A stretch of 64,000 nucleotides of DNA from Klebsiella pneumoniae (GCA_945876945.1 CAMCQE010000004.1:3096-67095), one strand, 5' to 3'; counted from the stretch's first letter, positions 28,219 through 39,456 are shown. Program-made: numbers and translations. Notes: generated by a model not told the origin, from the letters alone.

Positions 28219-28250
28219 TTGAAAATTGGCAGGCGTCCGCATTATACGGA
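28219..28250. promoter_or_regulatory. Candidate overlapping divergent promoters
   Basis: On the minus strand, a perfect TATAAT (complement of 28241-28246) lies about 47 nt upstream of the MaoC start. On the plus strand, TTGAAA (28219-28224), an 18-nt spacer and TATACG lie upstream of the 28326 gene. Confidence 0.3.
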
Positions 28251-28325
28251 TTTGATCCGGCGCGGCTTCCGCAAACCTGAGCTCCCGATTAGCATGGCCG
28301 CACCCTCATTTTCCGGAACACGCCC

Positions 28326-28769
28326 ATGCCGCACGCCGCCTTTGACGACAGTCTGATCCAGTGGCAGCCCTTCGGGCGCTATCAGGGTTTTCAGTACGCC
28401 CTGCTCCACGTCGACAGCACGACCCGCACAATGGACATGCTCTTCCGCTTTGAACCCAACGCGGACTGTTTCTATCACCGCCACGTGGCTGCCTCGCGCA
28501 CGCTGGTGCTGGCCGGCGAATATCGGGTCCGCGAGCCGCAGGCGGATGGCACCGAAGTTCTGAAAATTCGCCAGCCCGGCAGCTATGCCGCCGGAGAACC
28601 CGGCGACGTTCACATTGAAGGCGGCGGCCCCACCGGCTGCATCCTGCACATTTCCATCACCGCCCCCACCGACCACGTCTACGACATTCTCGACGAGCAA
28701 CTGCAAATCAAACGCTCGATCGGGATTGCCGACTTTGAAAACACTTTCAAGGCGCTGCAGGCGGCCTGA
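28326..28769 (+). CDS. Small cupin-like hypothetical protein
   Basis: GC3-biased coding. FYHRHVAASRTLVLAGEY ... GDVHIEGG resembles a cupin two-motif pattern. Confidence 0.5.
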   Translation: MPHAAFDDSLIQWQPFGRYQGFQYALLHVDSTTRTMDMLFRFEPNADCFYHRHVAASRTLVLAGEYRVREPQADGTEVLKIRQPGSYAAGEPGDVHIEGGGPTGCILHISITAPTDHVYDILDEQLQIKRSIGIADFENTFKALQAA

Positions 28770-30639
28770 GGGCGTTCCCGGATTCGCGCGCCTGCGCCAG
28801 CAGGCCTCGAACCCTCTTGAGTAGCTCGTCGTACGCCAGCGGTCGCGCGCTGGCTCGGGCCTCCGCCAGGGTTAATGATTCCGCGGCGGCAGTCAGCTCG
28901 CCCCGTGTGATCTGCCATTCTGCGCCGAGCAGCAGCGGCACCGGGCTGGCCGGGTTTTTATCCGCCGCGTCCTTCACTGCGGCAAACGCGATCTCCACCT
29001 CTCCCGCCTGCCAGGCCAACTGCGCGCGATAAAGGCGCAGTTTGTCGTAGCTGTCGCCCAGAGTCGTTGGCTTGGTGAGGGCGAGGTCTATGAGATCGCG
29101 CAAGTCGCGCCCCGGCAACTCACAGGCGCCTTCCAGCTTGAGTCGCGAGAGTTCCAACAAGCCGACAACGGCGTAGGTGGTGAGTGTGCGCTCCACCGCG
29201 AGCATCCCGGTTTCCAGCCTGACTTCCTTCACCGAGTGCGATTCCATGCACTCGATATGAGCCCGCTGCAACAGGGATCCGGCGCCGGGCAAGCCGCTGA
29301 GCAGCGCCCTGGCTGCAGCATATTGGCCCTGGGAGGACAGCCGCTCCGCCAACTGTGCGGCGGCGGTGGGCGAGCGGGGATGCAATTCATACAGGGCGAG
29401 GTCGAGCCGGGTCTGTTCACTCCAGTCGTAGACGATGGCGCGGGCGACCAGCAGGTTCAGGCACAACACCGCGACCAGCGCGGCTGCCCCGATGCGCCCG
29501 TAGACCCAAGGTCTGGCCAGCGCCATGGCGCTAAGCAGAATGCCAAACGACGGCAGATAGTTGCGATGCTCAAACATCAATTCCAGCGGGATGACGCTCG
29601 ACTCCAGCGACTGTCCCACCAGAAACCAGAGCAGGCCCAGCGCCACCAGCGGCTGGCGACGCCGCAAGCCCCAGCCGGCAAGTCCCAGCGCGCCCACTGT
29701 CAGACAGGCGGGCAAAGTGGTAACAGGGATCCAGAGCGATTGGGAAACGGCAATGTCGTCGTGCAAAAAACCGAGGCGGGCACGACTTGGCGCGAGGATT
29801 TCTGCGAGATACAGGCACAGCACGCGCGCCTCTGTCAGCAAGCGCTGCGCCAGCGTAAAGCCGCGCCGCGTGTAGGCAGCCGACAAGCCATCGTCCAGAT
29901 GCCGCAGCCAGTACACCCCGCCCAGCGCGAGCGCTGAACCCCCTAAAGCGAGCAGCAGGATCCGGGAGAAACGCCGCAGGCCGGCGTCACCTTTGCCGGC
30001 GAGCACCGTGAACTCGAGCGCGCCGAGGAATCCCGGCAGCAGCAGGCCGTTTTCCTTGGCACCGGCCGCGAGCGGCAAGCACAGCAAGTACACCAGCAGG
30101 ATCCGCAGGCGCGCGGGCCATCCGTCGGGCCGGTGCAGGCGAGTGTCGAGATAAAGCAGCATGCCGCAGACGCTGAACAGCGCCGAGAGTTGGGTCATGC
30201 GCTGTACCGTGTACAGCACGGTCGACACCCACAAAGGATGCAACAGCCACCAGGCGCCCAGCGCCACGCTGAGCACCGCGACCGCGCGCGACGAGAGTTC
30301 ACGCTGCGTGCTGAACACCAATCTCGCCAAGCCCACCAGCGCGATCCCGATCAGGCAATGCAGCAGCACATTGCTCAGCTTCCAGGCCCATAGCGCGTTG
30401 CCGAACAGGCTTGCGTTGGCGAGGAAACTCAGCATCGACACCGGCCGCCCCAGCGGCCCGGTAGGGCTCATCACCCATTGCGGCCAATCGGGTGGGAGCC
30501 CGTCCGCTTCAAGCAAACCCTCTAGCGCATGGTAGTCGTCAAACACCAGCGGGCCGTGCAGCCCCGGCAGATACAGCCACAGCGTGAGCGCGCAGAGCCC
30601 CGCCAGCGCGACCATGCACGGCAGGCGACGCTCGCTCAT
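28747..30639 (-). CDS. Polytopic membrane protein with GT-C-like (TMTC/PMT-type) N-terminal domain and C-terminal TPR-like repeats
   Basis: PLVFDDYHAL follows the first TM segment, more than 10 hydrophobic segments follow, and the tail is a helical repeat. I prefer the ATG at 30639 (GAAGGA Shine-Dalgarno) over the GTG at 30666. Confidence 0.55.
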   Translation of the reverse strand: MSERRLPCMVALAGLCALTLWLYLPGLHGPLVFDDYHALEGLLEADGLPPDWPQWVMSPTGPLGRPVSMLSFLANASLFGNALWAWKLSNVLLHCLIGIALVGLARLVFSTQRELSSRAVAVLSVALGAWWLLHPLWVSTVLYTVQRMTQLSALFSVCGMLLYLDTRLHRPDGWPARLRILLVYLLCLPLAAGAKENGLLLPGFLGALEFTVLAGKGDAGLRRFSRILLLALGGSALALGGVYWLRHLDDGLSAAYTRRGFTLAQRLLTEARVLCLYLAEILAPSRARLGFLHDDIAVSQSLWIPVTTLPACLTVGALGLAGWGLRRRQPLVALGLLWFLVGQSLESSVIPLELMFEHRNYLPSFGILLSAMALARPWVYGRIGAAALVAVLCLNLLVARAIVYDWSEQTRLDLALYELHPRSPTAAAQLAERLSSQGQYAAARALLSGLPGAGSLLQRAHIECMESHSVKEVRLETGMLAVERTLTTYAVVGLLELSRLKLEGACELPGRDLRDLIDLALTKPTTLGDSYDKLRLYRAQLAWQAGEVEIAFAAVKDAADKNPASPVPLLLGAEWQITRGELTAAAESLTLAEARASARPLAYDELLKRVRGLLAQARESGNALRPPAAP

Positions 30640-30690
30640 GCGCGTTCCTTCAAGCGGCGGCCGCACAACGGTGAGCGGGCCGCAGCCGGT

Positions 30691-32199
30691 TCAACCGCCG
30701 TTCTGGAACTGCTGACGCAGCAGATTCTTCTGCACTTTGCCCATAGTGTTGCGCGGCAAGGCGTCGACCAGCAGATAAGACTTGGGCAGCTTGTAGCCCG
30801 CCAGTTCGGTTTTGACCGCCGCTCTCGCCTGTGCTTCGTCGAACTCGCCGGCGACGCGCGGCACGATCACCGCTGCCACCTGCTCGCCAAAATCAGGATG
30901 AGGCAGGGCAATCACCGCCGATTCCAGCACCTGCGGCAGGCGATCGAGCACGGCTTCCACTTCGCTCGGATAGACGTTCAGACCGCCGGTAATGATGAGA
31001 TCTTTCGAGCGTCCGACGAGATAAAGATAGCCGTCTGCATCCAGACGGCCGTCGTCACCGGTGTTAAAAAAGCCCTCGGGCGAGATGTCTTCACGGGTTT
31101 TTTCGGGCATCCGCCAGTAGCCCCGAAACACGCTCTCCCCGCGCACCTGCACGTGGCCGACTTCGCCGTCGGCCACCGGCATGCCCGCGTCGTTCACCAA
31201 ACGGAGCTGCATGCCTGCCACAGTCGGCCCCACCGCGCTGGCGCGGCGTTCGCCGTGCAAGGGGTTAGAGGCGATAACGCTGGTTTCGGTCATGCCGTAG
31301 CGTTCGAGAATGCGTTGGCCGATGCGGTCTTCAAAGGCGCTAAAGGTCTCGCTCAACAAGGGCGCAGAGCCTGAAATGAACACGCGAATAGTGCCGGTGA
31401 GGTCGGCGGTAAACGCCGGATCGGCGAGCAGCCGGGTGTAGAACGTGGGCACGCCCATCATCACCGTACAACGGGGCAAGGCCGCCAGTACGGCCGCATT
31501 CTCGAAGCGCGGCAGCCACACCGCGCGCGAACCCGACATCAGCGTGCAGCCCAGCGCGATAAAGAGTCCGTGCACGTGGAATACGGGCAGGGCGTGGAGC
31601 AAGACGTCGTCCGCCGTAAACGCCCAGGCTTGCGCCAGGGCCCGCGCATTCGCCGCCAGATTGGCGTGACTCAGCATGATGCCTTTGGGTCGGCCCGTCG
31701 TGCCGGAGGAATACAGCAAGGCCGCCATATCGTCCGGCGCGACCGCTACCGTTTCAAACTCAGCGGGCAGCGACTCGGCCGCCGCCGCCAAACTGCCCTC
31801 GCCCAAGGCATCCATGGTGTAGCGGTGCGGGATGTTCAGGGTCTCGGCCAGCGCCAGGGCCGCGCTCGCCGCCGGATCGCCCACGAACAGCGCCGGTTCG
31901 GCATTCTCCAGAAAGTACTGAAGTTCCGCCGGCGTGTAGCCCGGATTGAGCGGATGGAAAGCAAACCCGCCGCGCAAACACGCCAGATAGAGCAGCAGGA
32001 AGTTCACGCTCTTCTCGGCCTGCACGCTCACGCGGTCGCCGCGCTGGAGGCCGAGGCCGGTGAGCAGCGTGGCGAAGCGGCCGCTACCGGCCAGCATCCC
32101 GGCGTAAGTCAGGCGCGCACCATCTGGCAATTCCAGCAAGGTCGAGTCGAGCTTGGCCGGAAAGTGGTCGGCAAACGCCGCAAACAAATTGGAACTCAT
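30691..32199 (-). CDS. AMP-forming acyl-CoA synthetase (MatB/malonyl-CoA-synthetase-like)
   Basis: It starts MSSNLFAAFADHF. The AMP-binding motif is LLYSSGTTGRPKG, followed by GDDGRLDADGYLYLVGRSKDLI. Confidence 0.8.
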   Translation of the reverse strand: MSSNLFAAFADHFPAKLDSTLLELPDGARLTYAGMLAGSGRFATLLTGLGLQRGDRVSVQAEKSVNFLLLYLACLRGGFAFHPLNPGYTPAELQYFLENAEPALFVGDPAASAALALAETLNIPHRYTMDALGEGSLAAAAESLPAEFETVAVAPDDMAALLYSSGTTGRPKGIMLSHANLAANARALAQAWAFTADDVLLHALPVFHVHGLFIALGCTLMSGSRAVWLPRFENAAVLAALPRCTVMMGVPTFYTRLLADPAFTADLTGTIRVFISGSAPLLSETFSAFEDRIGQRILERYGMTETSVIASNPLHGERRASAVGPTVAGMQLRLVNDAGMPVADGEVGHVQVRGESVFRGYWRMPEKTREDISPEGFFNTGDDGRLDADGYLYLVGRSKDLIITGGLNVYPSEVEAVLDRLPQVLESAVIALPHPDFGEQVAAVIVPRVAGEFDEAQARAAVKTELAGYKLPKSYLLVDALPRNTMGKVQKNLLRQQFQNGG

Positions 32200-32209
32200 C
32201 GGTAGCGCC

Positions 32210-33355
32210 TTACAGTGAGCGAGCAATCAGTTCCTTCATGATTTCGTTACTGCCGCCGTAAATCATCGACACCCGGTTGTCGGCGAAGTAATGCGCGATC
32301 GGATAATCCATGATGTAGCCGTAGCCGCCGTGCAACTGCAGGCAGCGGTGGATCGCTTCCTGCGCTTTCTCCGAGCACCAGTACTTGGCCATAGAGGCGG
32401 TGGCCGAATCGAGCTTGCCCTCAATGAGCCGGGTAATGCAGTCGTCTACGAACACGCGCGCGATGTGGGCTTCGGTCGCGCATTCCACCAGCGTGAAGCG
32501 GGTGTTCTGGAAATCAAACAGCTTTTGGCCGAAGGCCTCGCGCTGACGCACATATTCCAGCGTGTGATGCACGGCGCTTTCCATCGCACTGACCGACTGC
32601 AGGCCGATCATCAGACGCTCGCGACCCAACTGGCTCATCAGCTGATAGAAGCCCTGCCCTTCCACCCCGCCCAGCACATTGCCGACCGGCACGCGGCAAT
32701 CGTCAAAAAAGAGTTCGCTGGTGTCCTGCGCCTTCATGCCGATTTTTTTCAACGGCTTGCCGCGACGAAAACCTTCCAGCCCATCGGTTTCGACCAGCAG
32801 CAGGGAAATGCCTTTGGCGCGTTCGGCGGGGTTGGTCTTGCACACCAGCACGATGAGGTTGGCGTTGTAGCCATTGGTGATAAAGGTCTTGGAGCCGTTC
32901 ACCACGTAGTGGTCGCCGTCGCGCACCGCGCGGGTTTTCACCGACTGCAAATCCGATCCCGTGCCGGGTTCGGTCATCGCAATCGAGGTGATGATTTCGC
33001 CGCTCGCCATCCGCGGCAGGTACTTCTGCTTTTGATCTTCGGTGGCGTAGGCCATGAAGTAATGCGCCACGATGCTCTGGATCGCGCAGCCAAAACCCGA
33101 CACGCAGGCCCGGCCCATTTCCTCGTAAACAATGGCGTCAAAGCCAAAATCCGCCCCGCCACCGCCGTACTCGGTGGGGATGTCCGGGCACAGCAGACCC
33201 GCCTCACCGGCCTGACGCCAGGCGCTCGGATCGGAATGTCCTTGTTCGATCCAGCGCTCGCGCGCCGGCACGAATTCGGTTTCAACGAAGCGACGTACGT
33301 TATCGCGATAGAGATCGTGTTCGGCGGTGAGCCAGGAGGAACGATAGCCTTGCAT
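32210..33355 (-). CDS. Acyl-CoA dehydrogenase
   Basis: AMTEPGTGSD, the C-terminal GGSNEIMKELIARSL and overall ACAD organisation are present. I chose the internal ATG at 33355. Confidence 0.9.
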   Translation of the reverse strand: MQGYRSSWLTAEHDLYRDNVRRFVETEFVPARERWIEQGHSDPSAWRQAGEAGLLCPDIPTEYGGGGADFGFDAIVYEEMGRACVSGFGCAIQSIVAHYFMAYATEDQKQKYLPRMASGEIITSIAMTEPGTGSDLQSVKTRAVRDGDHYVVNGSKTFITNGYNANLIVLVCKTNPAERAKGISLLLVETDGLEGFRRGKPLKKIGMKAQDTSELFFDDCRVPVGNVLGGVEGQGFYQLMSQLGRERLMIGLQSVSAMESAVHHTLEYVRQREAFGQKLFDFQNTRFTLVECATEAHIARVFVDDCITRLIEGKLDSATASMAKYWCSEKAQEAIHRCLQLHGGYGYIMDYPIAHYFADNRVSMIYGGSNEIMKELIARSL

Positions 33356-33422
33356 GGGATGAACTCCGTAAGGATGCCGCAGGGACACCCCTGCGCCGGG
33401 TTGAATAATTCGGGGCTGATGA

Positions 33423-34625
33423 TCAGGTGGCGTGCAGACCGAACAGCGACACGCTCGCCACATTGCGGAACGGATGACCGCCCAGATTGTGGGTCAGGCC
33501 AATCGTCGGATTGCTAATCTGGCGGTCGCCGGCGCGACCCAGCAGCTGCAGGTACATTTCATACGCCATGCGCAGGCCCGTGGCGCCAATCGGATGGCCA
33601 AAGCATTTCAGCCCGCCGTCGACCTGACACGGCACCTTGCCGTCGCGGTCGAACACGCCGTCGAGGATATCCTTGCTCGCGCCACCTTCAGGCGACACGC
33701 CGAGGTCTTCCATCACCACCAGTTCGGTCACGGAGAAGCAGTCGTGCACTTCCATCATGCTGATTTCTTCGCGCGGATTGGTGATGCCCGCTTCCTGATA
33801 CGCCTTCTGTGCGGCCACGCGGGTGGTAAGAAAATAAGAGCCGTCCCAACCGGTATTCGACATTTCGTAGCCGTTGCTCGGCGCGAGCTGCATGGCTTTC
33901 ACGGTGACCACATCGGTGAAGCCCATCTCGCGGGCTTTTTCCACGGTAGTCACTATCGCGCAGGCCGCGCCATCGCTCACGCCGCAGCAGTCGAGCAAGC
34001 CGAGCGGATAGGCCACGGTGGAGGCTTTGAGTGCTTCTTCTTCGGTAATGCGCTTGCGCAGATGCGCTTTGGGGTTGAGCACGCCGTTTTCGTGGCTTTT
34101 CACCGATACATGCGCCATTGCGCGTTTGAGATCTTCCATCGGAATCTTGTGCTTGGCGGCGTAGGCGCTGGCCAACTGGGCAAACGCGCCGGGCGCGGTG
34201 GCGTTGGGCAGCCAGAGGTCGTCGAACGTGCCCTTGGTGCGCTCCGGCAAGCCGGCGTAGCCGGTGTCTTTCAGTTTTTCCACGCCCACCGCGAGCGCGA
34301 TATCACAAGCCCCCGCCGCTACCGCGTAGACCGCGCCGCGCAAGGCTTCGGTGCCGGTGGCGCACATATTTTCGACCCGCGTCACCGGAATATTCGGCAG
34401 GCGCAGGCTTAAGGCCAGCGGCAGTGCCGACTTTCCCGTGCTTTGTTCCTGATAGAACAGGCCCAGCCAGGCCATTTCAATGTCTTCACGCGCAATGCCG
34501 GCGTCGGCCAACGCTTCTTTGAAGGCTTCGAGAATGAGTTCCTCCGGCCCGCAGTCCCAGCGCTCGCCAAACCGCGAACAGCCCATCCCGATAATGGCAA
34601 CCTTGTCCTTAATACCCTTGGCCAT
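33423..34625 (-). CDS. SCP-x-type thiolase (lipid-transfer-protein-like)
   Basis: It begins VAIIGMGCSRFGERW. The nucleophile context is NMCATGTEAL, with HDCF and HNLGG motifs. Confidence 0.85.
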   Translation of the reverse strand: MAKGIKDKVAIIGMGCSRFGERWDCGPEELILEAFKEALADAGIAREDIEMAWLGLFYQEQSTGKSALPLALSLRLPNIPVTRVENMCATGTEALRGAVYAVAAGACDIALAVGVEKLKDTGYAGLPERTKGTFDDLWLPNATAPGAFAQLASAYAAKHKIPMEDLKRAMAHVSVKSHENGVLNPKAHLRKRITEEEALKASTVAYPLGLLDCCGVSDGAACAIVTTVEKAREMGFTDVVTVKAMQLAPSNGYEMSNTGWDGSYFLTTRVAAQKAYQEAGITNPREEISMMEVHDCFSVTELVVMEDLGVSPEGGASKDILDGVFDRDGKVPCQVDGGLKCFGHPIGATGLRMAYEMYLQLLGRAGDRQISNPTIGLTHNLGGHPFRNVASVSLFGLHAT

Positions 34626-34646
34626 AGTGAATTCCTCTTAATCGGT

Positions 34647-36083
34647 TCATTGGGCCAGCGGGGGCGCCGGCTTCCAGAAATAACGCCGAAAGTTACGGCG
34701 CGTATCGAAATCCTTGATGCGGAAGACCATCCGCACTTCGCTGCCCACCTGCACCGCGCCGGGCGCGAAGTCGGTGAATTCCAGCATGCAGTTGGCGCCG
34801 TCAGGAAACTCCACGTTGCCGTAGATGTACGGCGGCAAGGGCGTGAAGGCCAGCCAGTCTTCGGTATACGACTTCACCCGGCCGAGCAGATCGGACAGGC
34901 TCTCCGGCTGCTGCGTGTCCATCTCCCCGCACTTCACGCACACCTGACTGCGCGGATATTGCAGCGTATTACACGCGCTGCAACGGCCGCCCACCATGCC
35001 GGTGATATCCTGCCGGCGGCGATAAAACGCCGATTGCGAAGTGCGGTTATCGCGCTCGGCGCGCATCCCGAAATCGAATTCAATCCGCTCGCGGAGCGAG
35101 AGGAACATCGTGTAGTTCTCGACCACCCGCTTGGCGGCGATGTAGCGCGCCGGGCCGCGGGAGCTCTGCAAGGCGGCGAGCTGTGGGGTGGTTTCGATCA
35201 CCAGCGCGTCCGCGCCCTGCCCGAAACCCACCACCATCAGGGTTTCGCCAGGCACGGCGGTTTCCAGTGCGAGACTCAACATGAGCAAGGAATGCGCGGC
35301 GCCACAGTCGCCCACTTGGCCGGCGAGGGGATCCACCAGACGGTCCTCCCCCACCTTCAGGATTTTCGCCAAGCCCTTGGCGATGCTGGCAGAGGTGGGG
35401 ATGATGAAGCGGTGCACTTCGGCCAGCGCGATGCCGGCGGCATCGGCTGCGGCCTGCACCGCGCGCGGTACGATTTTGTTGTAGCCCTCTTCGCGGATCC
35501 AACGCTCCTCAAGGGAGTAGTCGTAATCGGTGTCGTTGGCGCGGTACTGGTCCACCATGTCTTCGTGCACCGAGGCGGCGCCGCGAATGAGCGCCACCGG
35601 ATCGCCTTCGCCCAACAACAACGCGGCGGCGGCATGGCCGTACAGCATTTCCTGCGCGCTGCCGGGCCGGGTCTCCCGGGTATCGGCCGCCAGCAACAGC
35701 GTGGTGGGGGCGCCTTGCGTGAACCGGCTCATCCGCACCAGCGCACTGGTCGCTGCCCGGCGACTCCCGGCAAGGTCTTCGGTGCTTACCGTGCCGGCCA
35801 GTTGTAAGGCGTCTGCCACCACCCCGCTATTGCTGCGGTCGGCGAACGGCAAAGTGGTGGAAGCCAGTTGCACCTGCTCGATCGAGCGCGGCAGGCCGCT
35901 CAGGCAGTTCCGCGCGGCCTCCACTGACAGCGTGATGCTGTCTTCATCCCAGTTCGCAAAAGACCGCTCGCCTTTCTGGCTTTTAGCGCCGGGCGAGGCC
36001 CAGCTGATCGCCTGCGCGATGGCCTGACGGGTAATTCTGAAAGTGGGCACATAGGCCCCAAAGGACAGGATTCCGAAACTCAT
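34647..36083 (-). CDS. HMG-CoA-synthase/KAS-III-like domain fused to a DUF35 (zinc ribbon + OB-fold) domain
   Basis: The N-terminal part has GAYVPTFRI and DEDSITLSVEAA (HMGCS-like). The C-terminal part has CSACNTLQYPRSQVCVKCG followed by an OB-fold-like tail. I chose the internal ATG at 36083. Confidence 0.7.
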   Translation of the reverse strand: MSFGILSFGAYVPTFRITRQAIAQAISWASPGAKSQKGERSFANWDEDSITLSVEAARNCLSGLPRSIEQVQLASTTLPFADRSNSGVVADALQLAGTVSTEDLAGSRRAATSALVRMSRFTQGAPTTLLLAADTRETRPGSAQEMLYGHAAAALLLGEGDPVALIRGAASVHEDMVDQYRANDTDYDYSLEERWIREEGYNKIVPRAVQAAADAAGIALAEVHRFIIPTSASIAKGLAKILKVGEDRLVDPLAGQVGDCGAAHSLLMLSLALETAVPGETLMVVGFGQGADALVIETTPQLAALQSSRGPARYIAAKRVVENYTMFLSLRERIEFDFGMRAERDNRTSQSAFYRRRQDITGMVGGRCSACNTLQYPRSQVCVKCGEMDTQQPESLSDLLGRVKSYTEDWLAFTPLPPYIYGNVEFPDGANCMLEFTDFAPGAVQVGSEVRMVFRIKDFDTRRNFRRYFWKPAPPLAQ

Positions 36084-36150
36084 AGTCAGGTATTCCCAAT
36101 GCTGGAATGGAGACCGCGCCGGGGCGCGTGGCCGGATTATACGGAGCAAG

Positions 36151-36170
36151 GCCAGACTGGCGAGTCTGGC
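36151..36170. promoter_or_regulatory. 8-bp perfect inverted repeat in a divergent promoter region
   Basis: GCCAGACT-ggcg-AGTCTGGC lies between the thiolase operon and ettA, next to a minus-strand TATAAT (complement of 36136-36141). Confidence 0.35.
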
Positions 36171-36252
36171 GTGCGGGCGGTGACGGCGCGTTGGTTGTGC
36201 GGGTGGCGACGATGGGGATAATACCGGCCACCTCCCCTTCGCGAAGTCCCCC

Positions 36253-37929
<1,677 letters not shown>

Positions 37930-37937
37930 GAGATGCC

Positions 37938-39425
37938 ATGAGCAGTTCGCCGACCATCCCGCTTGGCGTCAGTGTCGCCGGCAAGGAAAGCACCCAGCTC
38001 GCCGGCATGATGAATCGCCACGGGCTGGTGGCGGGCGCTACCGGCACCGGCAAGACCGTGACCCTGCAGGTGCTGGCCGAAGGGCTGTCGCGCATCGGGG
38101 TGCCGGTCTTTACCGCCGACATCAAAGGGGATTTGTCCGGGCTGGCGGAGACGGGCAAATCGTCGGCCCGGCTGGAGGAGCGCCTCGCCGCCACCGGCAT
38201 TCTTGACCATCGGTTCGAGAGTTTTCCGGTGGCGTTCTGGGATTTGTTCGGTGAGGCCGGCACCCCGGTGCGCATGACCATCTCCGAGATGGGGCCGCTG
38301 GTGCTGGCGCGCCTGCTACAGTTGAACGACACGCAAACCGGCGTGCTCTACGCCGCGTTCAAAATTGCAGACGACCAGGGGCTGCTGCTGCTCGATCTGG
38401 ACGACCTCCGCTCGCTGCTCACCTTCGTGGGCCAACACGCGGCGGAACTCAAGCTCACCTACGGCAATCTGTCGGCCACCAGCATCGGGGCGATTCAGCG
38501 CAATCTGCTGGTGCTGGACACCCAGGGCGCGAACCAGGTGTTTGGTGAACCGGCGCTGGGGCTGAAAGACCTGATGCAGGTCTCGCCCGACGGCCGCGGC
38601 GTGATCAACCTGCTCGACGCCACCAAGCTCGTCACCGCTTCACCCGACCTCTACGCCTGCTTTCTGTTTTGGCTCTTATCCGAACTGTTTGAAGAACTGC
38701 CGGAGCGCGGCGATGCGGAGAAGCCGCTGCTGGTGTTGTTCTTCGACGAAGCGCATCTGTTGTTTCGCGACACCCCCAAACCGCTGGTCGACAAGATCGA
38801 ACAGGTGGTGCGCTTGATTCGCTCGAAGGGCGTGGGCGTGTTCTTTGTCACGCAAAGCCCGCTTGATGTGCCGCAAGGCATTCTTGGCCAGTTGGGCCTG
38901 AAAATTCAGCACGCGCTGCGCGCCTTCACGCCGCGGGAACAGAAGGCCGTGCAGGTGGTGGCGGAATCCTTCCGCGCCAATCCGGGCCTGAATACCGCGA
39001 CCGCCATCACGGAACTCGGCACCGGCGAAGCGCTGATTTCCACGCTCGATGCCAAAGGTCAGCCAACCCCGGTCGAACTCGTGCTGATTCGCCCGCCCTC
39101 CGCACAAATTGGGCCGGCCAGCGCCGAACGGCGCCGCGAGATCATGGAAGCGAGTCCGCTGCAGGAGCGCTACGCCACGGCGATTAATCGTGAATCCGCG
39201 CACGAGAAACTGACCCAACGCGCCACGGCCCGGGTGGAGGTGAACGCCGAACGGGAGGCGCCCGCAGCGCCCGAAGAGGCGGCGCCAAGCCGCGGCGCAG
39301 GCCGCATCCGCGAGACGCCGACCGAAGCGCTCGTGAAAAGCGTGCTCCGCGCGGCCGGCAGCCAAATCGGTCGCCAGATCGTGCGCGGCATTCTCGGCTC
39401 CCTGCTCGGCGGCGGTCGCCGCTAA
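37938..39425 (+). CDS. HerA-like/DUF853 P-loop ATPase (YjgR type)
   Basis: Walker A is GATGTGKT and Walker B is LLVLFFDEAH. At 495 aa with a basic C-terminal tail, it fits YjgR. Confidence 0.8.
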   Translation: MSSSPTIPLGVSVAGKESTQLAGMMNRHGLVAGATGTGKTVTLQVLAEGLSRIGVPVFTADIKGDLSGLAETGKSSARLEERLAATGILDHRFESFPVAFWDLFGEAGTPVRMTISEMGPLVLARLLQLNDTQTGVLYAAFKIADDQGLLLLDLDDLRSLLTFVGQHAAELKLTYGNLSATSIGAIQRNLLVLDTQGANQVFGEPALGLKDLMQVSPDGRGVINLLDATKLVTASPDLYACFLFWLLSELFEELPERGDAEKPLLVLFFDEAHLLFRDTPKPLVDKIEQVVRLIRSKGVGVFFVTQSPLDVPQGILGQLGLKIQHALRAFTPREQKAVQVVAESFRANPGLNTATAITELGTGEALISTLDAKGQPTPVELVLIRPPSAQIGPASAERRREIMEASPLQERYATAINRESAHEKLTQRATARVEVNAEREAPAAPEEAAPSRGAGRIRETPTEALVKSVLRAAGSQIGRQIVRGILGSLLGGGRR

Positions 39426-39456
39426 TCAACGCTCTCGGCAATCAGAAGGAACTCCG

